From the NCBI GenBank assembly GCA_020350385.1, contig CP070714.1, positions 581,861-620,260 of the forward strand: a stretch of 38,400 nt of DNA. Reading direction: 5' to 3'. Of this stretch, positions 8,783-18,757 are shown piece after piece. The translations under genes and the position numbers were made by a program. Origin of the DNA: Candidatus Bathyarchaeota archaeon. Lineage in GTDB: Archaea; Thermoproteota; Bathyarchaeia; Bathyarchaeales; Bathycorpusculaceae. Below the pieces are notes generated by a model. That model made no database searches, was not told the DNA's origin, and was given only the letters and a program-made list of their open reading frames with translations. How positions within the stretch are numbered: position 1 is the stretch's first letter; the number at the start of each line of letters is the position of its first letter.

Positions 8783-9658
8783 ATGGCGCAGCAGCAATTC
8801 AAAAAAATTGGATTTTTCAAATGCGGAAACATTGGGACGTCTCCATTAATTGAGCTTCTTTTGGATGAGTTAGCTGACCGTAAGGACATCAAGGTCCGAA
8901 CGGTGACCACTGGCTCAAAAATGGGCCCTGAAGACGTCGAAGAAGCGTTGCCAAAAATCTTTGAATTTAATCCAGACATTTTAATCTTAGTATCTCCTAA
9001 TACGGCATTACCCGGACCAGCAAAAGTTAGGGAGAAAATATCAAACAGCGGGCTACCAGGAATAGTCGTTACTGACGCCCCTGGAAAACGCGTTAAAGCG
9101 ACACTTGAAGAACAAGGGTTAGGCTATATAATAATCACTGGCGACCCTCTTATTGGGGCAAGGAAACAGTTTTTAGACCCTATAGAAATGGCAATCTTTA
9201 ACTCAAACATCAGTAAAGTGCTTGCAATTACAGGCGCCTACAGAATATTATATCAGGAGATTGACAAAGTGATTTATGCAATTGAAAATGGGCAAAGTCC
9301 AGTTTTACCAAGATTAATAATAGACTTGAATATGATTCGGGACCGATCTGAATTCAATAATCCTTACGCAAAAGCAAAAGCAATGGCAGCTTACGGATTG
9401 GCTGAAAAAGTTGCTAAAATAAACATGAAAGCTTGTTTCATAGAAAAAGAAAGCGAAAAATACATTTTCCTCGTTACATGTTCACACGAAATAGCTCAGA
9501 CAGCTGCCAAATTGGCTGAAGAAGCGCGTGAAATCGAAAAATACAACGATAGCCTAGTTAGGAAACCTCACGGAAAAAGTGGTAAACCTAAAATCAAAAC
9601 CAAACTTGGGCTTCCGCCAGTTTTTGATGAAGAGTTCTATGGTAAAAGTGCCTCATAA
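8783..9658 (+). CDS. mtd: F420-dependent methylene-H4MPT dehydrogenase
   Basis: Colinear with remembered Mtd sequences: KCGNIGTSPLIELLLDELADR, GLGYIIITGDPLIGARKQFLDPIEMAIFN, EFNNPYAKAKAMAA and EEAREIEKYNDS. Confidence 0.93.
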   Translation: MAQQQFKKIGFFKCGNIGTSPLIELLLDELADRKDIKVRTVTTGSKMGPEDVEEALPKIFEFNPDILILVSPNTALPGPAKVREKISNSGLPGIVVTDAPGKRVKATLEEQGLGYIIITGDPLIGARKQFLDPIEMAIFNSNISKVLAITGAYRILYQEIDKVIYAIENGQSPVLPRLIIDLNMIRDRSEFNNPYAKAKAMAAYGLAEKVAKINMKACFIEKESEKYIFLVTCSHEIAQTAAKLAEEAREIEKYNDSLVRKPHGKSGKPKIKTKLGLPPVFDEEFYGKSAS

Positions 9659-9883
9659 AACCACAGTTGTATATACTTTACATATTTACATATAAGGTAT
9701 TTCGACGAAGTTTATCTCTCTTTTGTAGTCAATGAAAAGCCAGTGAAAAATTGAATGAAATCGTTGGAAGAGATGACCCGCGATGGTAACATTGATTACC
9801 GTTATACGCGATAACGGTTATAAAAAACAGTGTTAAGGGTTACTATTTGGAACCTCTTCATAACATGAAGTGATTTACGTTTC

Positions 9884-10927
9884 TTAGGAGCCTGCAATTG
9901 CCTTTCTTTTTCGCCGAGAAAGTTTCTTCAGTAATTTGAACGCGTACGTTGTGTCATCTATGGTTTTGGTACGCAAGACACCAGCTTTTTCTGCACTTGA
10001 GAAGAGTTCTTCGCCCTTTTCTGTGCGGATAATCGTGAACGTCCACCCATCTAATCCCAGACCGCCTACGGAAACATCAGCTAACTCAGAGCTAAAATCA
10101 TCACAAACGCTGCAGCTTTTTCGCGCATATTGCTTTATCTCACGTAGAGGAATTTCAGTAACTCCAGAGCCTGTAGTGACCAACATCTTTCCCTTAATGT
10201 TAATTTTTTTTATGTCGCCCAAATTGAGACCTAATTTTCCATGAATGTGATTTTCCATTAACCCTTTGTATGTGAAACATTCTGAACACATAAGTCCGAT
10301 CAGGAGTTTCAAGGGACGGGTATGCCTCTTCAAACCAGCCAGCTCCATTCTCCTAATGGCGTGAATTTGGCAGGGCGTTCCCACGAAGGCAACTTTGGTT
10401 TTTTTCTGCTTTAGCATATCAGTTAGAGCGAGGATGTTAGGCGAGCATGAATATCTTGTTCCAGCAGCCTCTATGAGCTCTTCCGCAGTTGTGGCTAGCA
10501 TCGGAGCAGGGTAAAAAGGCTTTTCCTTGTCTGTTCCTGCAACAATCGCACCGTCAATGAAACCATTTTTCAGAGCGAACAGCAATAACGCAGTGACGAC
10601 CCCTCCATCTTGACTAACTTTTGATATTCTGTCCTCCGTCGTTTGAGCTATAACCATTCTGCGGTGAATCCCAAACTCTTCTTCTGGTTTTCTTTCTCGG
10701 CCGAACACAAAGTTCTCCACGTTTGCCGCCGTCCACTGGTATCTAGGACAAGCCTGAGCGCAGATTCCGCAGATTTTGCATTCCTTTATCAAGCCGGGTT
10801 TTTCTTTTGTCAATTCTAAACAGTCAAAAGGGCAGACGACGACACATGTGCCGCAGCTAACACATTTCCCCGCTTCAATAACTTCACTTGTCAAAGAAGC
10901 TTCAAAACTAATTTTGTTGGAACTCAT
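9884..10927 (-). CDS. FrhB/FdhB/FpoF-family F420-binding protein with N-terminal 2x[4Fe-4S] ferredoxin domain
   Basis: Two Cys clusters, CVSCGTCVVVCP and CKICGICAQACP, are followed by an FrhB-like body (GGVVTALL, GTPCQIHAIR, SVCDDF). The track start is TTG 10951. ATG 10927 fits better with the minus-strand TATA TTTATATA at 10962-10969. Confidence 0.8.
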   Translation of the reverse strand: MSSNKISFEASLTSEVIEAGKCVSCGTCVVVCPFDCLELTKEKPGLIKECKICGICAQACPRYQWTAANVENFVFGRERKPEEEFGIHRRMVIAQTTEDRISKVSQDGGVVTALLLFALKNGFIDGAIVAGTDKEKPFYPAPMLATTAEELIEAAGTRYSCSPNILALTDMLKQKKTKVAFVGTPCQIHAIRRMELAGLKRHTRPLKLLIGLMCSECFTYKGLMENHIHGKLGLNLGDIKKINIKGKMLVTTGSGVTEIPLREIKQYARKSCSVCDDFSSELADVSVGGLGLDGWTFTIIRTEKGEELFSSAEKAGVLRTKTIDDTTYAFKLLKKLSRRKRKAIAGS

Positions 10928-11014
10928 GCCGATAACATAAGTGTACGTCAATATATAAACTTGAAGAAATGCAAATTTTGACCCAAATACAGAACTTTGG
11001 TAATAAGTAACATA

Positions 11015-12193
11015 CTACTGCATTTCTGCGCATCCGAAAAGTGCGGTTATTCTTTTGCAGGCTTCGATTATCCGCTCTTTCGGTTGAGTTAAAGAGAACC
11101 TTACATAATTTTCTCCGTGTTCACCGAAGCCTATTCCAGGTGTCACCGCTACGCCGGCGCTGAGGAGTCTAGTTGCAAATTTTACCGAGTCGGACCTACA
11201 GTTTAGCCAAACGTAAAATGTGGCTTTCGGCTTGTCACACTTGAAGCCAACGGAACGCAAATACTCAACAAGCACATCCCTTCTTTCGGCGTATATTTGA
11301 TTGTTTTTCTTGAGGAAATCTGGCGGTTCATCGCTCTTGTATGTTGCTAAAGCTTTGGCAGCTACCTTTTGGATGTAAAGAGGCGGTCCCGAGTCGATTT
11401 GCGATTTGACTTTTGCGAGTCCGTTTATTAATTGCTTGTTTCCCACGGCGAAAGCTATTCTGTCTCCCATCATGTTGAAGGTTTTTGAGCATGAGTGAAA
11501 CTCGACCGCCACTTCCATAGCACCATCAACTTCGAGGATGCTAGGCGCCCTATAGCCGTTGAAAGTTACCTCTGAATATGCATTGTCGTAGCACAAGATG
11601 ATGTTGTTTTCTCGGGCAAATTCAACAGCTTGTTTTAGGAATTTCTTTTCCACCGTGGCGCTTGTTGGATTATTCGGATAGTTTAGAAACATCAGCTTTA
11701 CTTTTTCTGGATGGACAGCTTCGAGGTCTGGTTTGAAGCCATTTTCTTGAAGCAACGGCATTGCAATGGGAATCCCATCGTTTAGTATGGTGCTACCGTT
11801 ATTGTAAACTGGATAGCTTGGGTTAGGTACAAGAACATGGTCACCTGCGTTCACGAATGCTCTAGGGATGTTCGATAAGCCTTCCTTTGAGCCTAAAAGA
11901 GCAATAACTTCATCTTGGCTAATGTCGATGTGGAACCGTTTCTTGCACCAGTCTGCAACTGCGTGCCGAAAGTCCAATTCGCCTTGACTGAGGGAGTACT
12001 GGTGGCTCTTCAGATTCACTACTTCTTCTTTAAGGGCAGCGATAACTAAGGGTGGCGGGGGAAGGTCAGGGTCACCTATACTTAAAGAGATCAGGTCTAC
12101 GCCTTGCGCCTTTTTTTCTTTGATCACTTTCTCTATTTCGGCGAAGAGATATGGCGGAAGCCTTTTTACTCTATCAGCAAATTCAAAGTTCAT
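11015..12193 (-). CDS. dapL: LL-diaminopimelate aminotransferase (class I PLP aminotransferase)
   Basis: RLPPYLFAEIEKVIKEKKAQGVDLISLSIGDPDLPPP, NYPNNPT and the SCSKTFNMMGDRI PLP-lysine region. It is the last gene of the dap operon, and no dapD/C/E is present. ATG 12193 avoids overlap with dapF. Confidence 0.85.
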   Translation of the reverse strand: MNFEFADRVKRLPPYLFAEIEKVIKEKKAQGVDLISLSIGDPDLPPPPLVIAALKEEVVNLKSHQYSLSQGELDFRHAVADWCKKRFHIDISQDEVIALLGSKEGLSNIPRAFVNAGDHVLVPNPSYPVYNNGSTILNDGIPIAMPLLQENGFKPDLEAVHPEKVKLMFLNYPNNPTSATVEKKFLKQAVEFARENNIILCYDNAYSEVTFNGYRAPSILEVDGAMEVAVEFHSCSKTFNMMGDRIAFAVGNKQLINGLAKVKSQIDSGPPLYIQKVAAKALATYKSDEPPDFLKKNNQIYAERRDVLVEYLRSVGFKCDKPKATFYVWLNCRSDSVKFATRLLSAGVAVTPGIGFGEHGENYVRFSLTQPKERIIEACKRITALFGCAEMQ

Positions 12194-12209
12194 TTTGTGT
12201 TCACTTTCC

Positions 12210-13034
12210 TTAAAACAGTGTTCCCTCAAAAACTTTTTCTGCGGGACCATTTAGGAACAAATGTTCTGCGTATTCTACTTCCAAATCGCCGCCTAGCAAA
12301 TGAACCCGAACTTTATTTCCAAGCTTTCTAAACAAGTTTCCTGCAGCGACGGCTGCGCAGGCTCCTGTGCCGCAGGCCAGGGTTTCTCCACAACCCCGCT
12401 CCCACACCCGCACTTTCAGCTCATTGCTGTTCAAAACTTGAACGAATTCCACGTTTGTTTTCTTTGGGAAAAGACAGTGGCTCTCGATTTTCGGTCCAAC
12501 ACACTGTACTGGAAAATTTTCTAATGCATCAACGAATGTAACGCAGTGAGGGTTTCCAACCGAGAGGCAGGTTACTTCGTATTTCTCTCCGTTGACTTGC
12601 AAATCTTCGTTTATGCATGTGCCTCGACCAAGCATCGGAATCTTGCTTCTCTCCAGCACCGGAGGCCCCATGTCGACCCTCACCGATGTAACCAAGTCAT
12701 TTTCAAGGGTTAACCACGTCCGTTTTATGCCTGCCAACGTTTCCACAGTCAACTCGTGCTTTCGGACAATGTTGTTTTCGTAGCAGTACTTGGCGAAGCA
12801 GCGGATGCCATTGCCGCACATTTCAGCTTCGCTTCCGTCAGCGTTGAAAATTCGCATTTTCACATCTGCTTCGGCTGAGTTTGACGCTAGCAGAAGACCA
12901 TCCGCGCCAACTGAAAATCTCCTTTTACAGAGTTTTCGAGCCAGCTTAGCTGCCTCAGCATTGCTTATTTTCTCATTTCTGTTGTCGATTACGAAATAGT
13001 CGTTGCCTAAACCGTGCATCTTCCAAAATTTCAT
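12210..13034 (-). CDS. dapF: diaminopimelate epimerase
   Basis: KMHGLGNDYFVID, CGNGIRCF, GNPHCV and ERGCGETLACGTGACA include both catalytic Cys motifs. The start is ATG 13034, or GTG 13043 overlapping the lysA stop as GTGA. Confidence 0.93.
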   Translation of the reverse strand: MKFWKMHGLGNDYFVIDNRNEKISNAEAAKLARKLCKRRFSVGADGLLLASNSAEADVKMRIFNADGSEAEMCGNGIRCFAKYCYENNIVRKHELTVETLAGIKRTWLTLENDLVTSVRVDMGPPVLERSKIPMLGRGTCINEDLQVNGEKYEVTCLSVGNPHCVTFVDALENFPVQCVGPKIESHCLFPKKTNVEFVQVLNSNELKVRVWERGCGETLACGTGACAAVAAGNLFRKLGNKVRVHLLGGDLEVEYAEHLFLNGPAEKVFEGTLF

Positions 13035-13039
13035 TACCC

Positions 13040-14335
13040 TCACTTCGCTATTCGCTGACCAGAAATTAAATCGTCCAATTCTTCGCGTTCTCTGACTAAA
13101 GTGTATTTTCCTTTCTTAACAAGCACCTCTGCAGCTCTCGGTCTAGCGTTATACTGTGAACTCATGGCAAAGCCATATGCTCCAGCGTTCAGAACCGCCA
13201 GCAAATCGCCCTCTTGAATCTTCGGCAACCGTCTGTCCTTAGCTAACACGTCACCTGACTCGCATATAGGTCCAACAACATCGTATGTGTCTTTTTCTGG
13301 AGAATCCAATTTATTCGCAACGAGCACTTGATGATAAGATCCATACATAGTGGGCCTAATCAAAGTGTTGAATCCCGCATCAACTCCGACAAACTTCTTG
13401 AAGGGCGTCTTTTTCATCGTGTTCACAGCGGTTAACAGGATGCTTGCGTCATAGACTACGTATCGACCAGGCTCCACACAGAAAAACGGTTTTCCAAGAT
13501 TGTATTCGTCGACTCTGCTTTTGAACAAGGACAGCACTTCCTCAGAGAAAAGGGTCAAATCCAACTCTTTGTCCTCTGGTTTGTAGGGCACTCCAAGCCC
13601 GCCGCCCATGTTAACAAACTCGAAGCCTATTTTGCTTTTGTCGTGAACCTTTTTGGCTATGCTCAAAAGCTTTTGAAGCGCCAAGACGAAAGGCTCAACG
13701 TCGAGAACACCTGAGCCCACGTGCATGTGTATTCCGAACCGCGTGACGCCCGCTTTTTTGGCTGTCGCATACGCTTTTAACACTTCTTTTTCCCATAGGC
13801 CAAATTTTGATTGCTTGCCTGCTGTAATGCAGTGACTGTGATGGCCTGCACCTATCTCTGGGTTAACCCTCACAGACAAAATGTTGGGAACCGCTATCTT
13901 TAGCAGTCTGTCTAATTGAGACAGGGAGTCAACATTCACGGTTACATTGGAGCCAGCGAGAAATTTTAACTCGTCAGTTCTGACGCTTGTTCCAGTAAAA
14001 AGTATGCGTTCTGGCGTAAATCCGCTTTTTAAAGCCATAAAAACTTCGCCGGGGCTGACTGCGTCTAAATGCGCACCTTCGGTTTCTAGGATTCTCAGCA
14101 CAGATAGGTTCGAATTAGCCTTTGCTGCGTAATAGAGCCTTACTTTTTCGTAGTTGCAGGTAAGCGCTTCGTGAAGGCGTTTATAGTTTTCTCTGATTCG
14201 ACTTTCGCTGATTACGTATAGCGGCGTATCAAATTTCTCAGTCAATTTTCTGGTAGAAACGCCGTCAAAGTAAAGTGTTCCCTTTCGATTCTCCAATGGT
14301 TCTCGAAGTTTCTGTGCTTTTTTAACCATAGCCAC
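13040..14335 (-). CDS. lysA: diaminopimelate decarboxylase
   Basis: TPLYVISE, YAAKANSNLSVL (PLP lysine), HVGSG, GGGLGVPY, EPGRY and CESGD. Confidence 0.95.
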   Translation of the reverse strand: MAMVKKAQKLREPLENRKGTLYFDGVSTRKLTEKFDTPLYVISESRIRENYKRLHEALTCNYEKVRLYYAAKANSNLSVLRILETEGAHLDAVSPGEVFMALKSGFTPERILFTGTSVRTDELKFLAGSNVTVNVDSLSQLDRLLKIAVPNILSVRVNPEIGAGHHSHCITAGKQSKFGLWEKEVLKAYATAKKAGVTRFGIHMHVGSGVLDVEPFVLALQKLLSIAKKVHDKSKIGFEFVNMGGGLGVPYKPEDKELDLTLFSEEVLSLFKSRVDEYNLGKPFFCVEPGRYVVYDASILLTAVNTMKKTPFKKFVGVDAGFNTLIRPTMYGSYHQVLVANKLDSPEKDTYDVVGPICESGDVLAKDRRLPKIQEGDLLAVLNAGAYGFAMSSQYNARPRAAEVLVKKGKYTLVREREELDDLISGQRIAK

Positions 14336-14369
14336 ATCTCCTCTCTAGGGTGAGTTGCCGAGTTGCCCT

Positions 14370-15428
14370 TTAGGCTAGCCCTTTTGCTATCATGAGCTCA
14401 GCGCTGAGGATACCTCCCCCTGCGGCTCCTCGGATAGTGTTGTGCCCCAAGCACATGTACTTGAGCGTCATGATAGAGTCGTTCCGAATTCTTCCAACTA
14501 CGACACTCATGCCTTTGCCTTCTTGTCTATCGATTCGGGGTTGAGGTCTGTTTGGCTCCTTTCGTACCACGATTGGGTTTTCTGGAGCTGAAGGAAGTTT
14601 CAGTTTTTGCGGTTCGCCTTTAAACTTTCTGAAGGCTTCTTCAATCTCATCCACAGAGGGGTTCTCGCCAAGCTTCACGAATACGGATTCCAAATGCCCG
14701 TCTTTAACATTTACTCTATTGCAACTCGCGCTAAGAACGAAATTGGCATTGCGTACGAAATTGCCGTCGAACGTGCCCAGAATCTTCAGGGGTTCGCATT
14801 CAAGTTTCTCTTCTTCCTTAGAAATGAAAGGAACAACGTTATCAATGATGTCCAACGACGCCACGCCTGGGTATCCGGCGCCGCTTAGGGCTTGCATGGT
14901 TGAAACTATAACTTGCCTGAGGCCGAATTTCATAAGAGGCTTCAGCGTCATCGCCAATTGAATCGTAGAGCAGTTGGGGTCTGTTGATATGAAGCCGTTC
15001 CAGCCTCTCGCCTTCTTCTGGATTGGAATGAGGGCAACATGGTCAGGATTCACTTCCGGTATGATAAGAGGAACGTCGCTATCCATTCGGTGTGCACTTG
15101 CTTTGCTGAATACTGGATATACAGCGGCGAATTCTGTTTCAACTGGCCCTGCCAAGTCGCCTGGTAAGGCTGAGAAGACAATGTCTATGTTACCTGCTTT
15201 TTCAACTGATTCCACATCAGTGTGCGCTACGTGCATTTCGGCAATTTCTCTTGGCAGGTTTGATTCCATGGTCCAGGAGCAGGCTTCTTTGTATTTTTTG
15301 CCAGCGGACCTTTCTGAGGCTGCAAGCACTTCGATTTTGAAATACGGGTGCCCCTGCAACAGCTGAATGAACCTTTGCCCAACGGCTCCCGTTGCGCCTA
15401 ATATGGCTACTTTACGGTTCGAAGACAT
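14370..15428 (-). CDS. asd: aspartate-semialdehyde dehydrogenase
   Basis: VAILGATGAVGQRF Rossmann motif, active-site NCSTIQ, SGAGY and GHNTIRGAAG. Confidence 0.95.
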   Translation of the reverse strand: MSSNRKVAILGATGAVGQRFIQLLQGHPYFKIEVLAASERSAGKKYKEACSWTMESNLPREIAEMHVAHTDVESVEKAGNIDIVFSALPGDLAGPVETEFAAVYPVFSKASAHRMDSDVPLIIPEVNPDHVALIPIQKKARGWNGFISTDPNCSTIQLAMTLKPLMKFGLRQVIVSTMQALSGAGYPGVASLDIIDNVVPFISKEEEKLECEPLKILGTFDGNFVRNANFVLSASCNRVNVKDGHLESVFVKLGENPSVDEIEEAFRKFKGEPQKLKLPSAPENPIVVRKEPNRPQPRIDRQEGKGMSVVVGRIRNDSIMTLKYMCLGHNTIRGAAGGGILSAELMIAKGLA

Positions 15429-16593
15429 TACTTATAGCTTCCTTTGCTCTTTTGAGTTGACTTTCTTCGATAAAAATATTAATGGTCGCCTTGCTAGTTG
15501 TGATTTCAATTATGTTGATGCCATGTTGGCTGAGTGCACTGGAGATTTTCGCAACGCCTCCGGGCGAGTCAATAAACATGGGGTGAATCATTTGAAGCAT
15601 TGCCACGTTTTCCCTATGGCTTATTGCCTTGAAGCATTGTGCGCGGTGAAGCCTGTTTATGACTTCGTTGACTTTGCCGTCAGAAGTGAAGACGGTGATT
15701 GATTTTCCTCCTGAACTGACGCCGTAAACTGGGTTTTGGCTGAGCGCCTGAAAAATCTCCTTTAGGTTTTTCGTATTGACCTCGCAAACGACGTTAATGG
15801 CCAGCAAGCCTTCGTGGCTACTGATTTCTGCTGAGTTGAGTGTGAAGGACCCTATAATTTCAGTACCGTCATGGACGAAACTGCCAGAGGAGAAGTCAAT
15901 TATTCTAAGCGTTTGGTTTGGCAACTTGTATTTTAGGGCTTCGGGCTTCACGATTTTTGCACCTCCTTGGGCGAGGTCGAACATTTCGTGTATGTCCAGT
16001 TTGTTGAGCGGCCTAGCCTCGGGGACTATTTTGGGGTCTGCTGAAAGAACGCCGCTTGTCTCTTTGACTAGTATTACCTCGTCAGCGTTTAGGCATTTTG
16101 CGAGTAACACGGCGGTTGTATCGCTTCCGCCGCGTCCGAGAGTGGTGACATTGCCATTGCTGTCTTTTCCGAGGAATCCACAGACCACAGGTATGGCTGT
16201 GCCTAGGAGCGGCGCTAGGAATTTCTGCGCCAGAAGTGTGGTTTTTTCCACATCAGGTACTGCGTCGCGGAAGTTGGAGTTGGTTATTATGGGCCAGTTG
16301 TCGTTGGCTGGGTCGAAGGGTTCAGCTTTGGCGCCTATTTTTTTTAGGGCGCTGGAGAATATGCGGGCGCTTGTTCGTTCGCCCATAGAAATGATTTCCG
16401 CATAATCAGCGTCGTTAATGTTGCCTATTTGGGAAACTGTGTTAACAAGGCTGTCGGTCATTTTGCCCATAGCCGAGACTACAACTACTATTTCTTTGTA
16501 CGGCGCTTCGGCAACCATTTTGGCTGCATGTTGGATTTTTTCGCCGTTGGAGAGGATAGCTCCACCGAACTTGATTACAACTCTGTTGCCCAC
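15412..16593 (-). CDS. lysC: aspartate kinase (isozyme 1, inside the dap operon)
   Basis: VVIKFGG, VVVSAMGKMTD, GRGGSDTTAVLLA and C-terminal ACT-like repeats. The track ORF runs to 16674 and overlaps dapB by 64 nt. GTG 16593 is preceded by GGTGA with a 7-nt spacer, just after the dapB stop, so it is the preferred start. Confidence 0.9.
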   Translation of the reverse strand: MGNRVVIKFGGAILSNGEKIQHAAKMVAEAPYKEIVVVVSAMGKMTDSLVNTVSQIGNINDADYAEIISMGERTSARIFSSALKKIGAKAEPFDPANDNWPIITNSNFRDAVPDVEKTTLLAQKFLAPLLGTAIPVVCGFLGKDSNGNVTTLGRGGSDTTAVLLAKCLNADEVILVKETSGVLSADPKIVPEARPLNKLDIHEMFDLAQGGAKIVKPEALKYKLPNQTLRIIDFSSGSFVHDGTEIIGSFTLNSAEISSHEGLLAINVVCEVNTKNLKEIFQALSQNPVYGVSSGGKSITVFTSDGKVNEVINRLHRAQCFKAISHRENVAMLQMIHPMFIDSPGGVAKISSALSQHGINIIEITTSKATINIFIEESQLKRAKEAISNVFEP

Positions 16594-16610
16594 AGGGTTT
16601 TCACCGATTT

Positions 16611-17405
16611 CTAGGAAAGGCCGAGGACGTCTTCCATGCTGAAGATTCGGGTTTGGTCTTGCCTGTTTATCCATTCTGCGGCGTACACTGCGCCTTGTGC
16701 AAACACGCTACGTGAGAAAGCGGTGTGCTCTACACGGAGCATTTCGTATGGACCAGCGACTATGAGGTCATGGATGCCTGGGACGCCGCCTGCGCGTAAC
16801 GCGGTGATTTCGAGTTCTTCGGGTTGACGGGGGCTGGTGCCTTCTCTGCCGTATACGGTTCGGGTGTAGCCGCGTGTATCCGTGATTATTTGGCCTAGTT
16901 TCTTAGCAGTTCCGCTTGGTGCGTCTTTCTTGCCTGTGTGGTGGATTTCGCTTATGCTGAAGTTGTATTCCTGCGGAAACGATTTTAGGGATTGAGCGAG
17001 TTTGAAGAGGATGTTTATGCCTACGGAGAAGTTGGGTGAGAAGACGGCTGGAACCCTACCCAAAACTGCCTCGCGCAGTTGCCGTGTTTGCTCTTCAGTG
17101 AAGCCCGTAGTGCCTAAGACTATTCGCTTGCCCAGCGCAGCAACCGGGGGTATGTTTTGCACTTCGGCGGCTGGCGCTGTAAATGTCACATAAACATCCG
17201 CGTCACTAACGGCTTCACTGATTCTATCAGAGCCTACAATTCGCGTGTCGCAGTGGCAGATGCCGAGTTCTCTGAGGCTTCTGCCTATGCAAGGATTGGC
17301 TGGCGCTTCGACGACGCCTGTTATCTGGTGGCCTTTTGCTGAGGCTTCGCGGATTACGGCGTTGCCCATTCTGCCTGCGGCGCCCGCCACGCATAGCCTA
17401 AGCAT
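16611..17405 (-). CDS. dapB: 4-hydroxy-tetrahydrodipicolinate reductase
   Basis: VAGAAGRMGNAV, EIHHTGKKDAPSGTA and AGGVPGIH. Confidence 0.93.
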   Translation of the reverse strand: MLRLCVAGAAGRMGNAVIREASAKGHQITGVVEAPANPCIGRSLRELGICHCDTRIVGSDRISEAVSDADVYVTFTAPAAEVQNIPPVAALGKRIVLGTTGFTEEQTRQLREAVLGRVPAVFSPNFSVGINILFKLAQSLKSFPQEYNFSISEIHHTGKKDAPSGTAKKLGQIITDTRGYTRTVYGREGTSPRQPEELEITALRAGGVPGIHDLIVAGPYEMLRVEHTAFSRSVFAQGAVYAAEWINRQDQTRIFSMEDVLGLS

Positions 17406-18435
17406 AGTAGAGCCCCTGCCAGAAGCGTTCTTTGTATAGGCGTTCTTGTAGGTTTACGCTGAAGAAGTCTTCAATGGGTCTGAGTATTGCTGGGTTGGTT
17501 TCGTAGACTCTTCTCGCGTTGGCGAGGACTATTTCAAGACCACTGCGGGACATTTTTCCAAGTGGCTGTCTACATTGGCCTGCAGGCATGCCTAAAATAT
17601 TCATCAGCGTTTTAAATGCTAAGGGGTTGCGGGCTTTGCAGGTTACTAGACCGAAGGGTGTCTGTTCTTCCGTTTTTACGGTGACTATGTTGAACAGCGG
17701 CTGTAGCGCTGAGCAGAGCCTGTTGGCTTCCTCTGTTCTGTGAGCGCGTATGACTTGCGTTAGGTTCTGCACTGCCCGTGGAGCGATGTTGGAGGCGACT
17801 GATACAACTCCTGCTGCGGCAATGTCGGGCGCGGTCATCATGGCAAATGTTTTGTCGTCGTCACCTGAGAGAATTGCAAAGTTGTCTCCACAGAGCTTCC
17901 GAGTTAAGCGCATGTTTTCCAAATTGCCTGTGGCTTCTTTGACGGCGCTGATATTTGGGTATTCCTGGTGCAGAACCGCTAAATCTTGAGGGTAGAGCTG
18001 AGTGCCTGTTCTGCCTGGAATGACGTAGGGGATGACTTGGACTTCTGTGAAGTGCTTGGCGACGGGTTCCACATATTCTCTGCGTATCTCCAGTGAGCTG
18101 GGCCCGTTATAGTAGGGATCAACTAGCAGAACACATTTCACGCCGATATGTGCAGCATGTTCTGTGCCGTTCATGGTTTCCTTGGTATTATTGCTGCCTG
18201 TGCCAGCTATAGTTAAGCCTTTGCTCCCAGTGTACTCATAAACTTTCTCGATTACTTTGTTGTGCTCGTTCCAGTCTAAGGTTGGGCTTTCGCCTGTTGT
18301 TCCAACGGCGAGAATTCCGCTGACGCCTTCTCTTATTTGGAATTCGACAAGACTCCGTAACCCTTCATAGTCCACTTGGCGATCCGGTGTCATGGGAGTT
18401 ACAAGGGCGGTATAGCAACCACTAAACACTACCAT
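17398..18435 (-). CDS. dapA: 4-hydroxy-tetrahydrodipicolinate synthase (with about 45-aa C-terminal extension)
   Basis: YTALVTPM, GILAVGTTGESPTL, the Schiff-base lysine context ISAVKEATGN, and GAGGT 7 nt upstream of the ATG. At 345 aa it is longer than the roughly 290 aa typical of the family. Confidence 0.9.
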   Translation of the reverse strand: MVVFSGCYTALVTPMTPDRQVDYEGLRSLVEFQIREGVSGILAVGTTGESPTLDWNEHNKVIEKVYEYTGSKGLTIAGTGSNNTKETMNGTEHAAHIGVKCVLLVDPYYNGPSSLEIRREYVEPVAKHFTEVQVIPYVIPGRTGTQLYPQDLAVLHQEYPNISAVKEATGNLENMRLTRKLCGDNFAILSGDDDKTFAMMTAPDIAAAGVVSVASNIAPRAVQNLTQVIRAHRTEEANRLCSALQPLFNIVTVKTEEQTPFGLVTCKARNPLAFKTLMNILGMPAGQCRQPLGKMSRSGLEIVLANARRVYETNPAILRPIEDFFSVNLQERLYKERFWQGLYYA

Positions 18436-18477
18436 TTTACATACCTCATTTTGGAACTAGCGTATAGTGCTAACACA

Positions 18478-18493
18478 AATTTAAAGCTTTCCG
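18478..18493 (-). promoter_or_regulatory. BRE/TATA promoter of the dap operon
   Basis: The minus strand reads GGAAAGC-TTTAAATT about 47 nt upstream of the dapA ATG (18435). GAGGT lies in the predicted short leader. Confidence 0.5.
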
Positions 18494-18757
18494 TTTTTAG
18501 TAACCATTTTACGAATAACGTAACATTATTTATGTGTGAATAATATATTGTTTCTGATTGTCACGATTTTCGCACCGAATGTCGGCAGAAAAAGCCATTG
18601 CTTCAAAGCTGAATGGACAATTCACTCGACACTTCAGTCTTTTTATAATGGAGGCTAATCATCATAGATCAATTAAATGACCAGATCTTTACGAAAACTC
18701 TTAAATGAGAGCGAGAAATAACTGAATCAATATTTGACTCATATTCACCAGACAAGG

